DNA of 64,000 bases from Azolla caroliniana. Lineage: Eukaryota; Plantae; Polypodiophyta. The notes beneath the pieces are model-generated. The model ran no database searches, had not been told where the DNA came from, and saw only the letters and a program-made list of their open reading frames with translations. Positions 51,761 through 64,000 of this stretch are shown in pieces. The position numbers and the translations under genes were made by a program. The stretch lies in NCBI GenBank assembly GCA_043228905.1, contig JBHGNT010000001.1, positions 3,100,001 through 3,164,000 on the forward strand, written 5' to 3'. The number at the start of each line of letters is the position of its first letter. The stretch's first letter is position 1.

Positions 51761-52199
51761 AATGTGTTAAACAAAAAGAAATTTATTAAAATAGACTTGC
51801 GATCAACATTTCAATGTGTGAATTGACCAAATAAGAACTTTCAAAAAGTAATCTTGCAATCAACAAAGATATTTTCATGCGAGAAATACAATCATCTTTT
51901 AATGCCATGTAATGATGGGCTTGACTGGTGGTAATTCATTTTCTTTTCTGTAATAAGAAATAGGCATTTTCAAGTTTATTTCAAAACATAAATTGTCTTT
52001 ACAAAAATTTAAGTTCACCATTTCATATTATTCCTCTCCCATCACAAGTTATTTACAAGACAAAAGCAATGGGCAGCAGAATCTATTAAGCTACATTCTT
52101 TATTTCTTATCACATTGATCCAAACATGTTGAAATTTTCTGATTGATTGGTGTGAATGGCAGGTTGTTATGATTAAATGAAGTAAATGAAGGAATCCAT

Positions 52200-52532
52200 G
52201 TGGTTATTCATATGCCACATCCTAGAACATTTTCTTAACATAGAGAAAAAGGAGTGACATTTTCACAATCGGATAAAATTTTGTGGCATTCTCACAATTT
52301 TGTGTACAGAGTGGCCTGGAGGTGTATGCCCTTCTTTATCCTACAATCATAGGTTATATGTTCGATTCCTGTCATCACATTCTGTTGCCAGAAATGGCAA
52401 AAGAACATTCCTCACAAAAAGGAAAATAAAAACAAATGATAGCTTCCTAGCTCATCACACTGCTTGTATCTCCACAATTAGGAGAAATGCATTAATTGAA
52501 GCATATATTTCTGCAACAATGAATGCATATTT
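52200..52532 (-). pseudogene. Decayed E+/DYW-domain sequence downstream of the second PPR stop
   Basis: After ...WKVPESWE*: NMHSL and AEIYA (E+-like), HTPPG (~52328-52314), and in another frame LCTQNCENATKFYPIVK (~52312-52261), resembling TPPG...VCxDCHNATKFISKIVK. Confidence 0.5.
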
Positions 52533-55500
52533 TTACTCCCAAGATTCAGGTACCTTCCACGATTGACTCTTTGCTCTCCACTGTGAAATGATCTTTCCTG
52601 CTTCATCCTGCATGCCTGCAGCTGCATATATATTCCCCATGCACACATATGCTGAAGCACAGTTTGCATCCAACTCCATTGCTTGCTCAAAGGCCCATAT
52701 GCCGAGCTCAACATTCATCCATTTCTGACACGCACCCAGAAATGCCAACCATAGCTGAATGCGATCCACTGATGAAACCTTTTCGATCACTGTTATGGCT
52801 TGGACAAGGTGTCCTGCACGGCTCAAAAGATCAACCATACAAGCATAGTGTTCTAAACTTGGAGTGAGATCGTAGACCTTTACCATAATATCAAAGACCC
52901 TTTGCCCCACTTCTGGTAATCCAGCATGACTGCATGTGGTCAGCAAAACAAGAAAGGTAATCGAATTTGGAACCATACCACGTCCCATCATTTTGTTGAA
53001 CAAATTCAATACCCCTCTCGCATGGCCCAGATGAGCATATCCAGAAATGACTGTATTCCAAAACACAATATCCTCTAGTGAGAGCTCATCAATTATGTCT
53101 CGTGCTTTTCCAAGCATGCCACACTTGGCATACATGTCTAACAAAGACGTAGAGAGCATAATATCTTTCCCCACTAATCCCAGCTTGCTAACCTCAGAAT
53201 GTATCTCCTCTCCCATCTTAAGGTATCCATTGTTGCCGCAAGCTTTCAAAACACAAGAAAAAGTGACTGAGTTTGGAGAGATACCCTTATCTCGCATTTG
53301 AGTAAAACAGTTCAGAACTTCATCACCAAAGTCATATTGGGCATATCCTGACATCAATGCGTTCCAACATACCACATCTCTTACTAGAATGTGATCAAAC
53401 ACTTCCTGTGCTTTTACAAGCTGACCGCACTTTGCATACATGTCCACTAATCCAGTGGCAAGAATAACGTCTTTTTGTAATAACCCTTGCTTGTCAATCT
53501 CTGCATGTATCTCTTCTCCTAGTTTGAGATGTCCTAATATTCCACAAGATTTCAAAACACTAATGAAAGTGGTGATATTTGGAGAGATGTTCACATTTCG
53601 CATCTGCATGTAGCATTCCAGGGCTTCATCAGCACGTCCATGTTCTGTATACCCAGCAATCAATGCATTCCACGATATAACATCACCTATAGGAAGCTTA
53701 TCAAACACTTCTTGTGCCTTTGTTAGTGCATTGCATTTCGCATACATGTCAACTAATGCAGTGCCAAGGATTATGTCTTTTGCCATCAACCTATTCTTAC
53801 TCACCTCAGCATGTATTTCTTCCCCCAAGCCTAAATTCCCAATACTGCCACAAGCGGTCAAAATGCACGCAAAGGTAACACTATCTGGAGAGAGGCCCTC
53901 ATCTCTCATCTGTGTGAAACAGTCCATTGCTTCCTCACAAAGCCCATGTTGGATATACCCAGATATCAGTGCATTCCAAGCTACAACATCACGTACTAGA
54001 AGCTCATCAAACACTTCTTGAGATTTTCCTAGTACACCACATTTAGCATACATATCTACCAATGCAGTGCCAATCACGATATCTTTGTTCAATAGTCCTT
54101 GTTTGCTCACCTCTGCATGTATCTTTTTTCCAAGCTCAAGTGAGCTTATGCTACTGCAAATTTTCAAGACACAAATGAAAGTGACTGCATTTGGAGAAAT
54201 CCCTTCATCTCGCATCTTCCAGAAGCAATTAACAGCTTCCTCACTACGCCCTTGCTGGGCATATCCACATATCAATGCATTCCAAGATACAACATTTCGA
54301 ACAGGAAGTTCATCAAAGACTTTTTGTGCTTTACTAAGCACACCACACCTGGCATACATATCCACCAATGAGGTGCCAAGCACAATCTCCTTTTCAAGCA
54401 AACCCTTTTTTCTCACTTCAGCATGTATCTCTTCTCCCATCTCAATAGATCTAATGCTCCCACAAGCATTTAAAACACAAATAAACGTGACTACACTTGG
54501 GGAGAATCCCCCATCTCGCATCTGCTTAAAGCAAGTGAGAGCTTTATTTCCTAACCCATGTTGAGCATACCCAGAAATAAGAGCATTCCAAGATACCACG
54601 TCCTTCGTTGGGAGCTCATTAAAAACTTCATGTGCTCTCTGAAGCATCCCACATTTGGCATACATGTCAACTACTGCAGTGCCAAGCATGATATCTTTGT
54701 CCAATAAGCCCACCTTCTTCACGTCACCATGTATCTCTTCTCCCTTATCAATACATCCTATGGCACTGCAAGCTTTTAGAGCTGAAAGAAAAGTGACCCC
54801 ATTTGGTGTGGTTCCTTCATCACGCATTCGCCTAAAGCAATCCAAAGCTTCATTACCAAACCCATGTTGAGCATACCCAGAAATTAATGCATTCCAAGAT
54901 ACAACATCTCGTGCTGGAAGCTGATCAAACACATCTTGAGCTCTAGAAAGCACACCAAATTTTGCATACATACCAACAAGAGCTGTACCAAGCACAACAT
55001 TTCTTGGCAAAAATCCAAGATTCTTCGCCTCGTTATGTATAGCTTCGCCCATCTCAAGAGATCCTACAACATTGCAAGCTTTCAAAGCACAAATAAAAGT
55101 GACTTCATTGGGAGACAAACCCTCACCTCTCATTCTCCGGAAGCAATCCAGAGCCTCATTACCAAATCCATGCTTTGCATATCCACCAATGAGAGCAGTC
55201 CAAGCTACAACATCTCGTTCGGGCAGCTTATCAAACACTTCACGTGCTTTGGACAAAGCACCACATTTTACATACATAGTAATAAGAGCTTTCCCAATAT
55301 ACACATCCTTTGGAAAAAACTGCGCCAGCAGAATCTCATTGTGGACTTGTATGGCCTTGGATAGGTCTTTAGTTTTACCACAGGACTTTGTCAACTCTAA
55401 AAGAGCATTCCTTTGTTTCTGAAGCTCTGCTCTGTTTCCATCTGTCTGAATCCTACCATCCATCCACAATGCTTCTTTACTCCGTTTATGCTTCCTATTT

Positions 55501-55565
55501 TCCAAGGTTTGTGAAGGATCTCTGAAGAATTCATCCCTCACCAAATTCACGGATTCACAAGCCAT
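52533..55565 (-). CDS. PLS-class PPR protein, 1010 aa, E1/E2 ending at the PG box, no intact DYW, single exon
   Basis: Eight MYxKCG-type PLS units, EHYACMVDLLSRAG, WLAFLGAC, SAYVCMGNIYA. Clear paralog of 43720-45390. Confidence 0.96.
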   Translation of the reverse strand: MACESVNLVRDEFFRDPSQTLENRKHKRSKEALWMDGRIQTDGNRAELQKQRNALLELTKSCGKTKDLSKAIQVHNEILLAQFFPKDVYIGKALITMYVKCGALSKAREVFDKLPERDVVAWTALIGGYAKHGFGNEALDCFRRMRGEGLSPNEVTFICALKACNVVGSLEMGEAIHNEAKNLGFLPRNVVLGTALVGMYAKFGVLSRAQDVFDQLPARDVVSWNALISGYAQHGFGNEALDCFRRMRDEGTTPNGVTFLSALKACSAIGCIDKGEEIHGDVKKVGLLDKDIMLGTAVVDMYAKCGMLQRAHEVFNELPTKDVVSWNALISGYAQHGLGNKALTCFKQMRDGGFSPSVVTFICVLNACGSIRSIEMGEEIHAEVRKKGLLEKEIVLGTSLVDMYARCGVLSKAQKVFDELPVRNVVSWNALICGYAQQGRSEEAVNCFWKMRDEGISPNAVTFICVLKICSSISSLELGKKIHAEVSKQGLLNKDIVIGTALVDMYAKCGVLGKSQEVFDELLVRDVVAWNALISGYIQHGLCEEAMDCFTQMRDEGLSPDSVTFACILTACGSIGNLGLGEEIHAEVSKNRLMAKDIILGTALVDMYAKCNALTKAQEVFDKLPIGDVISWNALIAGYTEHGRADEALECYMQMRNVNISPNITTFISVLKSCGILGHLKLGEEIHAEIDKQGLLQKDVILATGLVDMYAKCGQLVKAQEVFDHILVRDVVCWNALMSGYAQYDFGDEVLNCFTQMRDKGISPNSVTFSCVLKACGNNGYLKMGEEIHSEVSKLGLVGKDIMLSTSLLDMYAKCGMLGKARDIIDELSLEDIVFWNTVISGYAHLGHARGVLNLFNKMMGRGMVPNSITFLVLLTTCSHAGLPEVGQRVFDIMVKVYDLTPSLEHYACMVDLLSRAGHLVQAITVIEKVSSVDRIQLWLAFLGACQKWMNVELGIWAFEQAMELDANCASAYVCMGNIYAAAGMQDEAGKIISQWRAKSQSWKVPESWE

Positions 55566-56744
55566 TTTGTTTCTTTCAGAACTGAGTGCAGAACAGGGCT
55601 GTCTGCGCCCAAGCAGGAATCATCTCTCTCTATCTCGCTCTCTCTTTGTAAATGTAGAGTATATATATATATTCCAAAAACTGTGGAGTGTATATATTAA
55701 AACAGGACAACATTACACAATCTCTCTTCCATCCATCATTTGTGATCATTTGCAAAAGCTTGGCACAATACACGGCATCTCCCAAACATCCAAGGATATG
55801 TGACCATGGTCTCTATGGAAGTCCTTGGGAACAAGATACATGCGTATCAACTCTTTTGACACATTGAAGCATATCAAGAATGATCCATTGTCTACGTACG
55901 AAAGGACAAAGCGCGATTGTCGTTTAATATGAGGAAACGTTACTAGATGTAGTCACACTTTACAAATTTGGAATGAGCAAAATCTAAATATGGGTCAAGC
56001 TACAAGCTGAAAACATCACACGTCTTTGTGATTGTTGTAAATAAGTAAGTAAAATATGTGTATATGATGTGATGTATTTGGGTGTGTGTTTTACTCATCC
56101 TTTTTGGAAGTCCTCCACATTGCATGGAGATGATCCCAAGTTAGATTTTAAGTTAAGAGCACAATTGTAGCTAGATTACTACTCAATATTGTTGACGTGA
56201 TTGGCACGTGCCATCATATTAAATGTACACATGCATTGAAAATAGAAACTAGGATAGGTTGGATATTGAGCAAAAATGTTGCATTCTATACCTAAAACAA
56301 AATAGAAAACACATTTCACTCTCAAAAGTTTCACACATGAGGACATCACGCATGGTTTCAAGAACCTGGAATGAGAACAAAATCATCATCAACAATTGAG
56401 AATGCTTCGTATCTCAACTCAACTAGAGGACTAAATATTGAAATATCCAAACAACGAAATTGGGAAGCAAGCTTAGTTTTTCAATCTAGTTTCCCTTTTT
56501 AATGTTATAACATTAGAAAATCCCCCACCTACAAGGTATGTGAGGATTTTGTATAAAGATCATCTATTCCATGGGTTACCTTGGCACCTTATGGATGCTA
56601 ATATATCGTTTCTCTCCCACACATACAATGACTCCAAAGAGTGCTTAAAAGAGGTAACAACATTTATGGAAATGTTGTATTGGTTTTTCATCAAATGCAA
56701 GAGGTTGTAAGGGTGCAATGGCAAGCTAAAGTTTCAAAAAGACG

Positions 56745-56900
56745 AATATGATTTGTTGAGACACCACTTCTAGAACTTCAAATTTAGCAAAGGGGAGAAC
56801 AAGATATCCAACCTACCCTAAAAGACAAAATGATTTGTTGAGACACCACTTGTAGACTTTCAACTTTAGCACGTAAAGACAAGATACCCGACCCAATCTA
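56745..56900. repeat. Direct duplication, ~70 bp x2
   Basis: atgatttgttgagacaccactt.tag(a)acttcaa.tttagca...acaagata occurs twice. Confidence 0.85.
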
Positions 56901-58709
56901 GCCCTTCGTTTTGTCCATAGAAAAGAAAAAAATCGAAAAAGACATTACTGCCAAAGCAAATTTTTAAAACATTGCCTTTAAACTTTAAAGTATATGATAG
57001 ACATCTGACATCCTACTAATCGGAGTTGATAATTTATTGTGTGTACACATTCATGAGATCACCATATTGAAATTCTTAAACCACTATATTAACCTAAAAA
57101 TTAGTTCGATTCTTCAATAATGAGTTGCATCCATGTAAAATTATTCACACTTTTAAGTTTGAAATCTTCTTAATATCTACTTCTCATGACTCCAAGATCG
57201 AAATTATAACAAGGCAATGCTAAATAAGAGCACTTTGCATTGGATATGATTGGACCAGGAGTCCACTAAAGCTCCAAGTTGCATAGTTTGGAAGACTTGC
57301 CTATTAGATCACAATGGAAAACCTCCACACAACACAAAGAAAAGCTCAACACAGATCTCAGTTTGTGTAATGTTGCAACACCATTAACACACAACATTGG
57401 GAAATTTTGCTTTTCAAGGGAATGTTGACAGCTCAAAAGTTCACATTCACAAATGCAAGACACAGCCGCACCAATGCACATGCATGCATTAAAATAGAAA
57501 TTGGGTCAACAAATATTAAGAGGGAAAAGAGGATGTGTCACATTTGTTTTCTAAACTTCCCAAGGCCATGGAATTCAAGATTTCCAAGAAGGTTCTACTT
57601 TCCGGTAAGTGCCCATTGAGGAGAAAATCATTACCAACAACATTTGGAGTGATCTTTTATATTCCAACGGGTGTCAAAACCAAACCAACAGAAGACCCCA
57701 ATACTGAAATTTAGCGTTTAGCTAGTTTTATATTTCACCTTTTACATTTTGTTCTTATTTTTGCCATTTGAAAACACCCTGCAAAGATAGCTAGGAAGCT
57801 GGTTCCATGGGTCATCTTGTCCCCCTCCCATATACATTAATACATCAAGATCATGATGTGGAAAGGCCATTATTGCCAATGAATAGAGATGCTCCCTTTA
57901 CCAAAACTAGTGAGCACTGAGGACATACCGATTCATGCACAAGCATGAAACATATACCGCATAACCTAAATCTGTCAATGGAGGTAACCTCAAGTACAAA
58001 TTTGGACAAACACCACACACGCCACCCCTGAAAGTGGAGGAAATTTTCTGCTGATTATGTAAAAACAGCATGCCATTTAGAAGGATGGCTATCACACGAT
58101 CATAAACTTATCAATGTAGCCCTATCAAATTCTTATATAGCACAGAATACATGCCCGAGTTTCACCCCTTACTATTGGAAAACCAAATGCCATCACATAT
58201 GGCAAATAATGCCACTGGGGGTTGGTTACAAGCTGCCATTATTTTCAAAATAACAGAGAGGAAGGCTTACATTGAAGGTAAAGTTGTTGCATGTAGTGTG
58301 TCATTCAAGACACCAAAACAAAAAGAAAAGTGAAATTGAAATTCCCATGTCAAGACCATAATCAGGCCCAAGACAGTAGAATCTAGATAGCTCTGAAGAT
58401 AATTATCTTTGTATCTCTTGTCAAGATTTGCATCCATAACTCTAGTGTAAGAGGAAATATACTTCATCCCTCCATGTCCACAAATCAACCAAGGCTGGAA
58501 TACAGGAAAATACAGCAAATTCACACTTGGGCATTTAGATCCATTGACCTTCCCAAGAGATTCACATTGTTTCTTCTGTAGATGATGCGTCATATAACAC
58601 ATGGTTACTTCACCAGCTCCATCTATCTGCATTAAAATGGGAGTAGTTTAATTGGAGATCAAGAATGTGTAAATTCTAGAAATTCATTTATCCAAAATTC
58701 ATACTCACT

Positions 58710-61700
58710 TCATGAAGAGAAGAAACCTCCTAGTTTTTTTGCAAAGTCATCTTCGTCATCATCGTCATCAAGCACATAATCATCATCCCCAGATGCATTT
58801 TCTCCAGATTCCAGATCTAATTTCAATCTATCGTCTAAAGAATCAACATCATCCTGAGCTTCCTGATCGCTTTGATATGTTCCTTCATTATTGTCCTCTG
58901 ATGAAGATCTTGACATGATTTCTTCTGGAAGAGATGTCAGATTTGTATCATGCACACTACGTGGTTCTAGATGTTTCCACTTATCTTGCTCTTCACGGAC
59001 TTCTCCATCCTCGATCTCTTTAGAAATTTCAGCTATTCCTTTGATCTGTTCTTCATGTGTTTCCTTTGTGCTCTCATTAGACTCCACCTTCCGTTTTCCT
59101 TTCAACAGCAAGCTCAAGGGCTTTGGTCCCTCAAATTCAATAGGTTTACGTTCAGCAACACTTCCTTTCTGGTATGTTAAGGTACTTTCTATTTGCACCC
59201 TTTCTACCTTAGATGTTGATGCCATGGAGCCAACACTCTTTGCAGATACAGATGGCTTTGCATCTGCATATTTTACATGCATTGCAACAGACTTGATTCT
59301 AAGTCCATTTTCTTCACGATCTTTAGTAACAGTTTCATGTTTCGCTATTCGCTCTGCCTTGATCTGTGCCAAGCTTTTTGGTCCACTGAATTCTGACATC
59401 TCTTGATTAATCTGAGGTTTCTTTGTTTTCGATAATAAGTGGGCTCTTGCATCAGATAAAGGAGCAATCTCAGCGGAAACAGTCAGATCCTTATCCTTGA
59501 TTTTAGGTTCTTTTCTAGCACGATCAGCTACAACATGTCTATTGGGAGAGTTCCTTAATGAGGTTCTTGCAGGACTAATTCTGGCTACAAAACCACTATC
59601 AGGACTACTTCCTGCATTATGGTGTGGCCTTTTTATGCCAACATTTCGAGAAGGCTGCCTAATGGTCTCTTTTTCTTGTAGATCTCGCTGAGATTTCCGC
59701 ACCTCCATGTAGTCTTCTCTTCTATTGGAATTTCTTGCCTCTACATGCTCACCTGTGGCATTCCTCCGACGTTTACTTAGATGTGCACGAAGATCACCAG
59801 CATCAGAATACTCCTCTAATGACCTTTTTGGCATTTCTACTGTTCTAGTATTGCTCAAAATAAGCTTATGATGTCTTGTGTGTTCTAATGAAGCATCATT
59901 ACGATCATATCCATGCTCACTACGTTGGAGCTGATGTGGTTTCTGGTGTCTTTGGGCTGATAAATTATCAGATCTTGCTTGAGGAGCTCGTACAAATGCC
60001 AATGATTCATCACGAGCTTTCATCCTTCCTCGACTATCTGGCAGAGGCGAGTATTCACCATCTTCCCTTTGGTCAAAATCATTATTCTCCAGTTGCATAG
60101 GTGAACTTCTTCTCCGAGTCTCTACTGCTCTTGAAACATTATGGTTCCTGCTATTACCACCAAAGTGGATAGATTCTGTCTTCTCAGTTTCAGACAAAGG
60201 CTTCTGCCGTGATCTAGCCATGGATAAACCCTGTTTAGATCCATTGATTTCACTTTGAATAGTATTTGAAACATCCTCTGCAAACTGAGACTTTATTAGC
60301 TTATTAGCTTTAATCCACCCCTTTTCCTCTCTTGAAGAAGGGGCAGATACAATAGAATTCTCAATGGCCTGACCTCTCTTTGAATCAGTGGGTATCCGAG
60401 GTGCCTCTTCCACAGGTATGAGAGTTTTTGGAGGGACAAACTTAGGTTCACTCCCAGAAAGCAGCGGTTTTTCAGGCCTCTTCTCAAACTGTTGAGGAGT
60501 TGATCCATTCCCTTTAGAAGCAGACACCATTTTGTTGCTCATTAAGACTTCATTTCCATATGATGTCTTCGAAGATGTCTTTTGTTGCAATCCAGCAGTG
60601 GCAGTTGATTGGAGAGGTGGACCATGCAAGAAGGGACATTTCTCTGCCTTGGAACAATAGCCTTGTGAGAAAAAATAGCATGGTGTGCTGGTCTTATTTG
60701 CTGGCACTGCTGAAGCTCCAAAAACAGATGCAACGGAAGGAGTAGCGCTAGGGGTGGGAGATTGTAATGCAGGTGATGCTGATGTTAGCTTCACCTCAAG
60801 GGGCTGCGAGTAAACCCAACACAAATATAGCTTAAAATATGGTTCATATATGTTACCATACCTTGACATCAAACAAAGCAAATAAGAATTGATTTTTATG
60901 AACAATCTAGTCAGGGCCCTCCCTTATATTAAGATATGAACCATTCATACAAAGAGAAACAATCTGCTTCCGGATGAAATTGGCGTCAGTTCTATGACAT
61001 CTAGATAAGTTATCTCACTCTGTTAAATTTAAAATATGGCATCAAATCATGCCACAAAACCAAGCTTGTAAGGTAAGTTTTTCTTCTTCGCGATCTATTA
61101 AATATATTGGGAGATGTTACAACAATGATAAAAAAGTTAAGTTCTTTATTTAGATAATCTTGAATAAACAATGATTAAGAGGACGCCTTAAACATTTAGT
61201 CTCTGACTAAAAATAATACCCCATGCCTAGGTTCATCGGCTGACTAGAGGCTTAGGTGCAGGACACATTTTCTACTACACCTAGTTCTACTACACCATAC
61301 CATAGCCATTGACATTGTGAGTTAGATGGGCTCTTCTCTCGCCTTAAATTTGACTCCTAAGGCATACCAGCAAAAACATCGCATGAAATTGTGTTCATCG
61401 TACAGTTATGCTCCTAAGTATACCTGATTAAGAATGGCATGGATAAAGCCATACATCCACATGCAACTGGGCTTACCTCTTGCCATATGGTAGGGTCCAC
61501 AGTGTGTGTGCAGACAAGAGAACAAAGGACTGCTTTTATTTCCATAAATATACTATAGAAACTTCACAGAATTACAACTCACCGGATGTCTGAAGGAGCA
61601 ATTTGGGTTAAGGCAGACTTTGTACAACCAATACCAGCAATCACGAGGGTTCATCCGAGCTTCTTCGCTATGCCGAAACTCGCAATTATTTCCCTGTAAG

Positions 61701-62248
61701 AGAAACAGAGCATTGTAATCTACACAGTTTGCTATGCTCATTTAAACAGGAAAGAAAATTAGGGTATCCTATTTTATACTTTCCATGCTCGTTTAAACAG
61801 AAAACTAACACTTTTCATATCATAAGATTTGGCAATAACAAAGATGCTTTGACCTCATCATCCTTTCCTGCTCAAAAATAGTTCTTAGGGATCATTTAAA
61901 ACAAGTTTCGATGATGGATCTATGGTGCCAGAACCAGATATTGAGTCCCCTCTCATCAACCTTAGAAGACAATCAAATCATAAACGCTATTGTTTCACCA
62001 ACATTAGCCATGGCCCAAGTATGATACAGGACACGAATCCTTTGAAAAACTTTTACACTCCCTTCATTGTATCTGATGTAATAAGCTTCCTTAAACTTCA
62101 AAATTGTGAGTAACAAAATCGATTTATTCTAGAGTACAAGTTTCCTCTGCCTCATTTTCTCTGAGCTAACGAAAGACCTTACCGTGTGCAGAAAGCCCTA
62201 ACTCTGTCGAAGGGGAAACAAAAGGGTGGGAGACTAAGACAGGCACAG

Positions 62249-62290
<42 letters not shown>

Positions 62291-62395
62291 TACAGAGAGT
62301 GAGAGCGATGGAGAGATAGATACCTTTTTGCAAGTAAGGGGAGAAGCCAAGAAATATACACAGTCCGTGTTGCGTTTCTGCACCTCTTCATCCAT
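58710..62395 (-). CDS. CCCH zinc-finger protein with three N-terminal CCCH motifs and a long charged tail, 3 exons: 62395-62324, 61693-61583, 60803-58710
   Basis: MDEEVQKRNTDCVYFLASPLTCKK|GNNCEFRHSEEARMNPRDCWYW...CLNPNCSFRHP|P...CYFFSQGYCSKAEKCPFLH. Conserved FSGPKSLAQIK, FEGPKPLS and terminal DDFAKKLG motifs of the Arabidopsis C3H17 (At2g02160)-like group as recalled. Junctions are GT-AG and in phase. Confidence 0.92.
62254..62287. repeat. (TA)n microsatellite in CCCH intron 1; a (GAG)n run also lies at 62440-62467, in the probable 5' UTR
   Basis: Seen directly. Confidence 0.9.
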
Positions 62396-64000
62396 GGTAG
62401 CTCTGGGTTCAATAACCCCAAAATTGTTGCTGTGTTGTTGGAGGAGGAGGAGGAGGAGGAGGAGGAGTAGAAGGGGCAAGGGTTCAAGAACAAGACAAAA
62501 GCGATGGGCACCTACTCACTCCCTCCTTCTCTCTCTCATCCAAATATGGCCAGGAGTTGCTAGAGCTACCAATGCTTGAAAGCACTGGTTGGCCAGCCTC
62601 TCTATGTACTATCTCTCTCGGGTCGGTGGTACTGAAAGGTGAAATAAGAAATCTAGCGCCCCAAGCGATGGCGTATTGTACTGTATCACAAATAGTTGAA
62701 CTTTTGCCCATGGGATTTCGTTCATTAATACGCTTCATATCGACTGTATGACAATGAAATCACTGAAGGACGAAGGGCAGAAGTTGGTGATACAATTGAT
62801 TTCGTTATGTGTGTCATATGAATTGTTGTGCCACCAAGTTGTATACCCAATTCTAATCATGCCACTTTCTCATGTTCAACGCCATCGAGAACCATGGTTG
62901 TGCACGTTCCAATTGGTAGTATAGTTCTTGTTGTTCATCCACTTCCAGCAACACAATAGCTACCTCGTCAATGGCACGATGAGAATGTGAAAAGCACCTT
63001 CGTATCCATGCTTTGCAAGACTATGTGGAAACACTTCGGTTCCTCGACTTCTCCAACACAACAACTAAGGATTTGGTGGATTGCATTCGTGACATGGCCT
63101 AGTTGAATCCTAGCCATATGTTTACATCATAAGCCTCCACTAGGCCTCCCCATGAATGAGTTACACTTTTGGCAAGTTGTCCAAAGGATAATATTCCTCA
63201 ACCATTCATTGATAACGAGGCGTAAAAGCTCATTTTCTATGAGTGATTCATAATTGAAATTAAAACCTCATTTGGGATTTGGGATTTAAGTTCCAAAGTC
63301 CGTTATGTAATACCCATCCAACGTCATCAAGTATTCATTCAGATAAAAAAAAAACATTTTATAACCTCGTGAAACAAGAGAATTATGCAATCACTATGGC
63401 GAAGTTTGATTGGGAAAGACATCGAGAAATTGTAAAGCATGGGCAATTTGATGATTCTAGGATTGGAACAAGTGTATTTAGAAAAATCCATCAAATGTGG
63501 ATCAACAAGAAGGAAATCATTCACCCATAATCAACTTTATCGAAATGATTGGTTCATTTCCTTGAACCAAATGAATTGAATATGTTGTATTGCTTGAATA
63601 GATTCTTCCTACATGACAATATAACATCACGATCTCCAATAGAATCTACCAAGAAGAAGTTTTCATATGAAGATATGAAAATCGTAGATCCACATACTCG
63701 GGGAGAACCTATAAGACCATTCCATATTATCATATGTGATGACTTCTCGAAAGGTTTAAACAAATACAATATCACCTTGATCTTTTGGAAAGACAATATG
63801 ATAGAGGTGTCAAGTTATGACCCTTAGGTACAAGGTGAAAAGTGTGTCGAAGCCACCTTGGTTGAAGTTCCTATTTGTACATTTATCCATGTGGAGTGGA
63901 GTTATAAGTATGGGCATTGTCTGAATCTCCAGATATGAGGTGGTCATCTCTACTTAACTTGTGTTTGCGTATTAGGGGTAACCACTAGTCTTTTTATTTT

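Noticed and set aside
53047-55422. Multiple repetitive antisense ORFs over both PPR genes (also 43858-44930)
   Set aside because: Shadows of the PPR repeat coding sequence.
4063-62395. Apparent functional clustering of RNA-processing genes (symplekin, CCCH, PPRs) and organellar genes (OEP16-4, MZM1, PPRs)
   Set aside because: These classes are abundant in plant genomes; there is no shared pathway or regulatory evidence in the sequence.

Overview
Gene-dense, intron-rich land-plant nuclear DNA. It is probably from a fern, judging from the style of the PLS-PPR motifs and DYW relics; this is an inference. Genes in order: 5' exon of a SNARE-associated/VTT (TVP38/TMEM64) gene (-); a six-exon OEP16-4-like PRAT gene that the ORF track misses (-); DSK2/ubiquilin (-); an unrecognised ~293-aa protein with a mitochondrial-presequence-like N-terminus (-); full-length symplekin/ESP4 (+); MZM1/LYRM7 (+); two convergent paralogous PLS-E PPR genes flanking a subtilase pseudogene; and a CCCH zinc-finger gene (-). 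Non-genic highlights: both PPR genes appear to carry decayed DYW deaminase domains just after their stop codons. Two ~312-bp foldback Mutator-like MITEs are present, one in a symplekin intron with a perfect 9-bp TSD and one in the divergent promoter region upstream of the same gene. There is also a mitochondrial-type intronless trnA(UGC) copy, a decayed organellar-type trnN(GUU), an internally deleted CrRLK1L pseudogene, LINE/Gypsy relics and many short tandem duplications. All homology calls come from manual translation and recalled family motifs; no searches were run.
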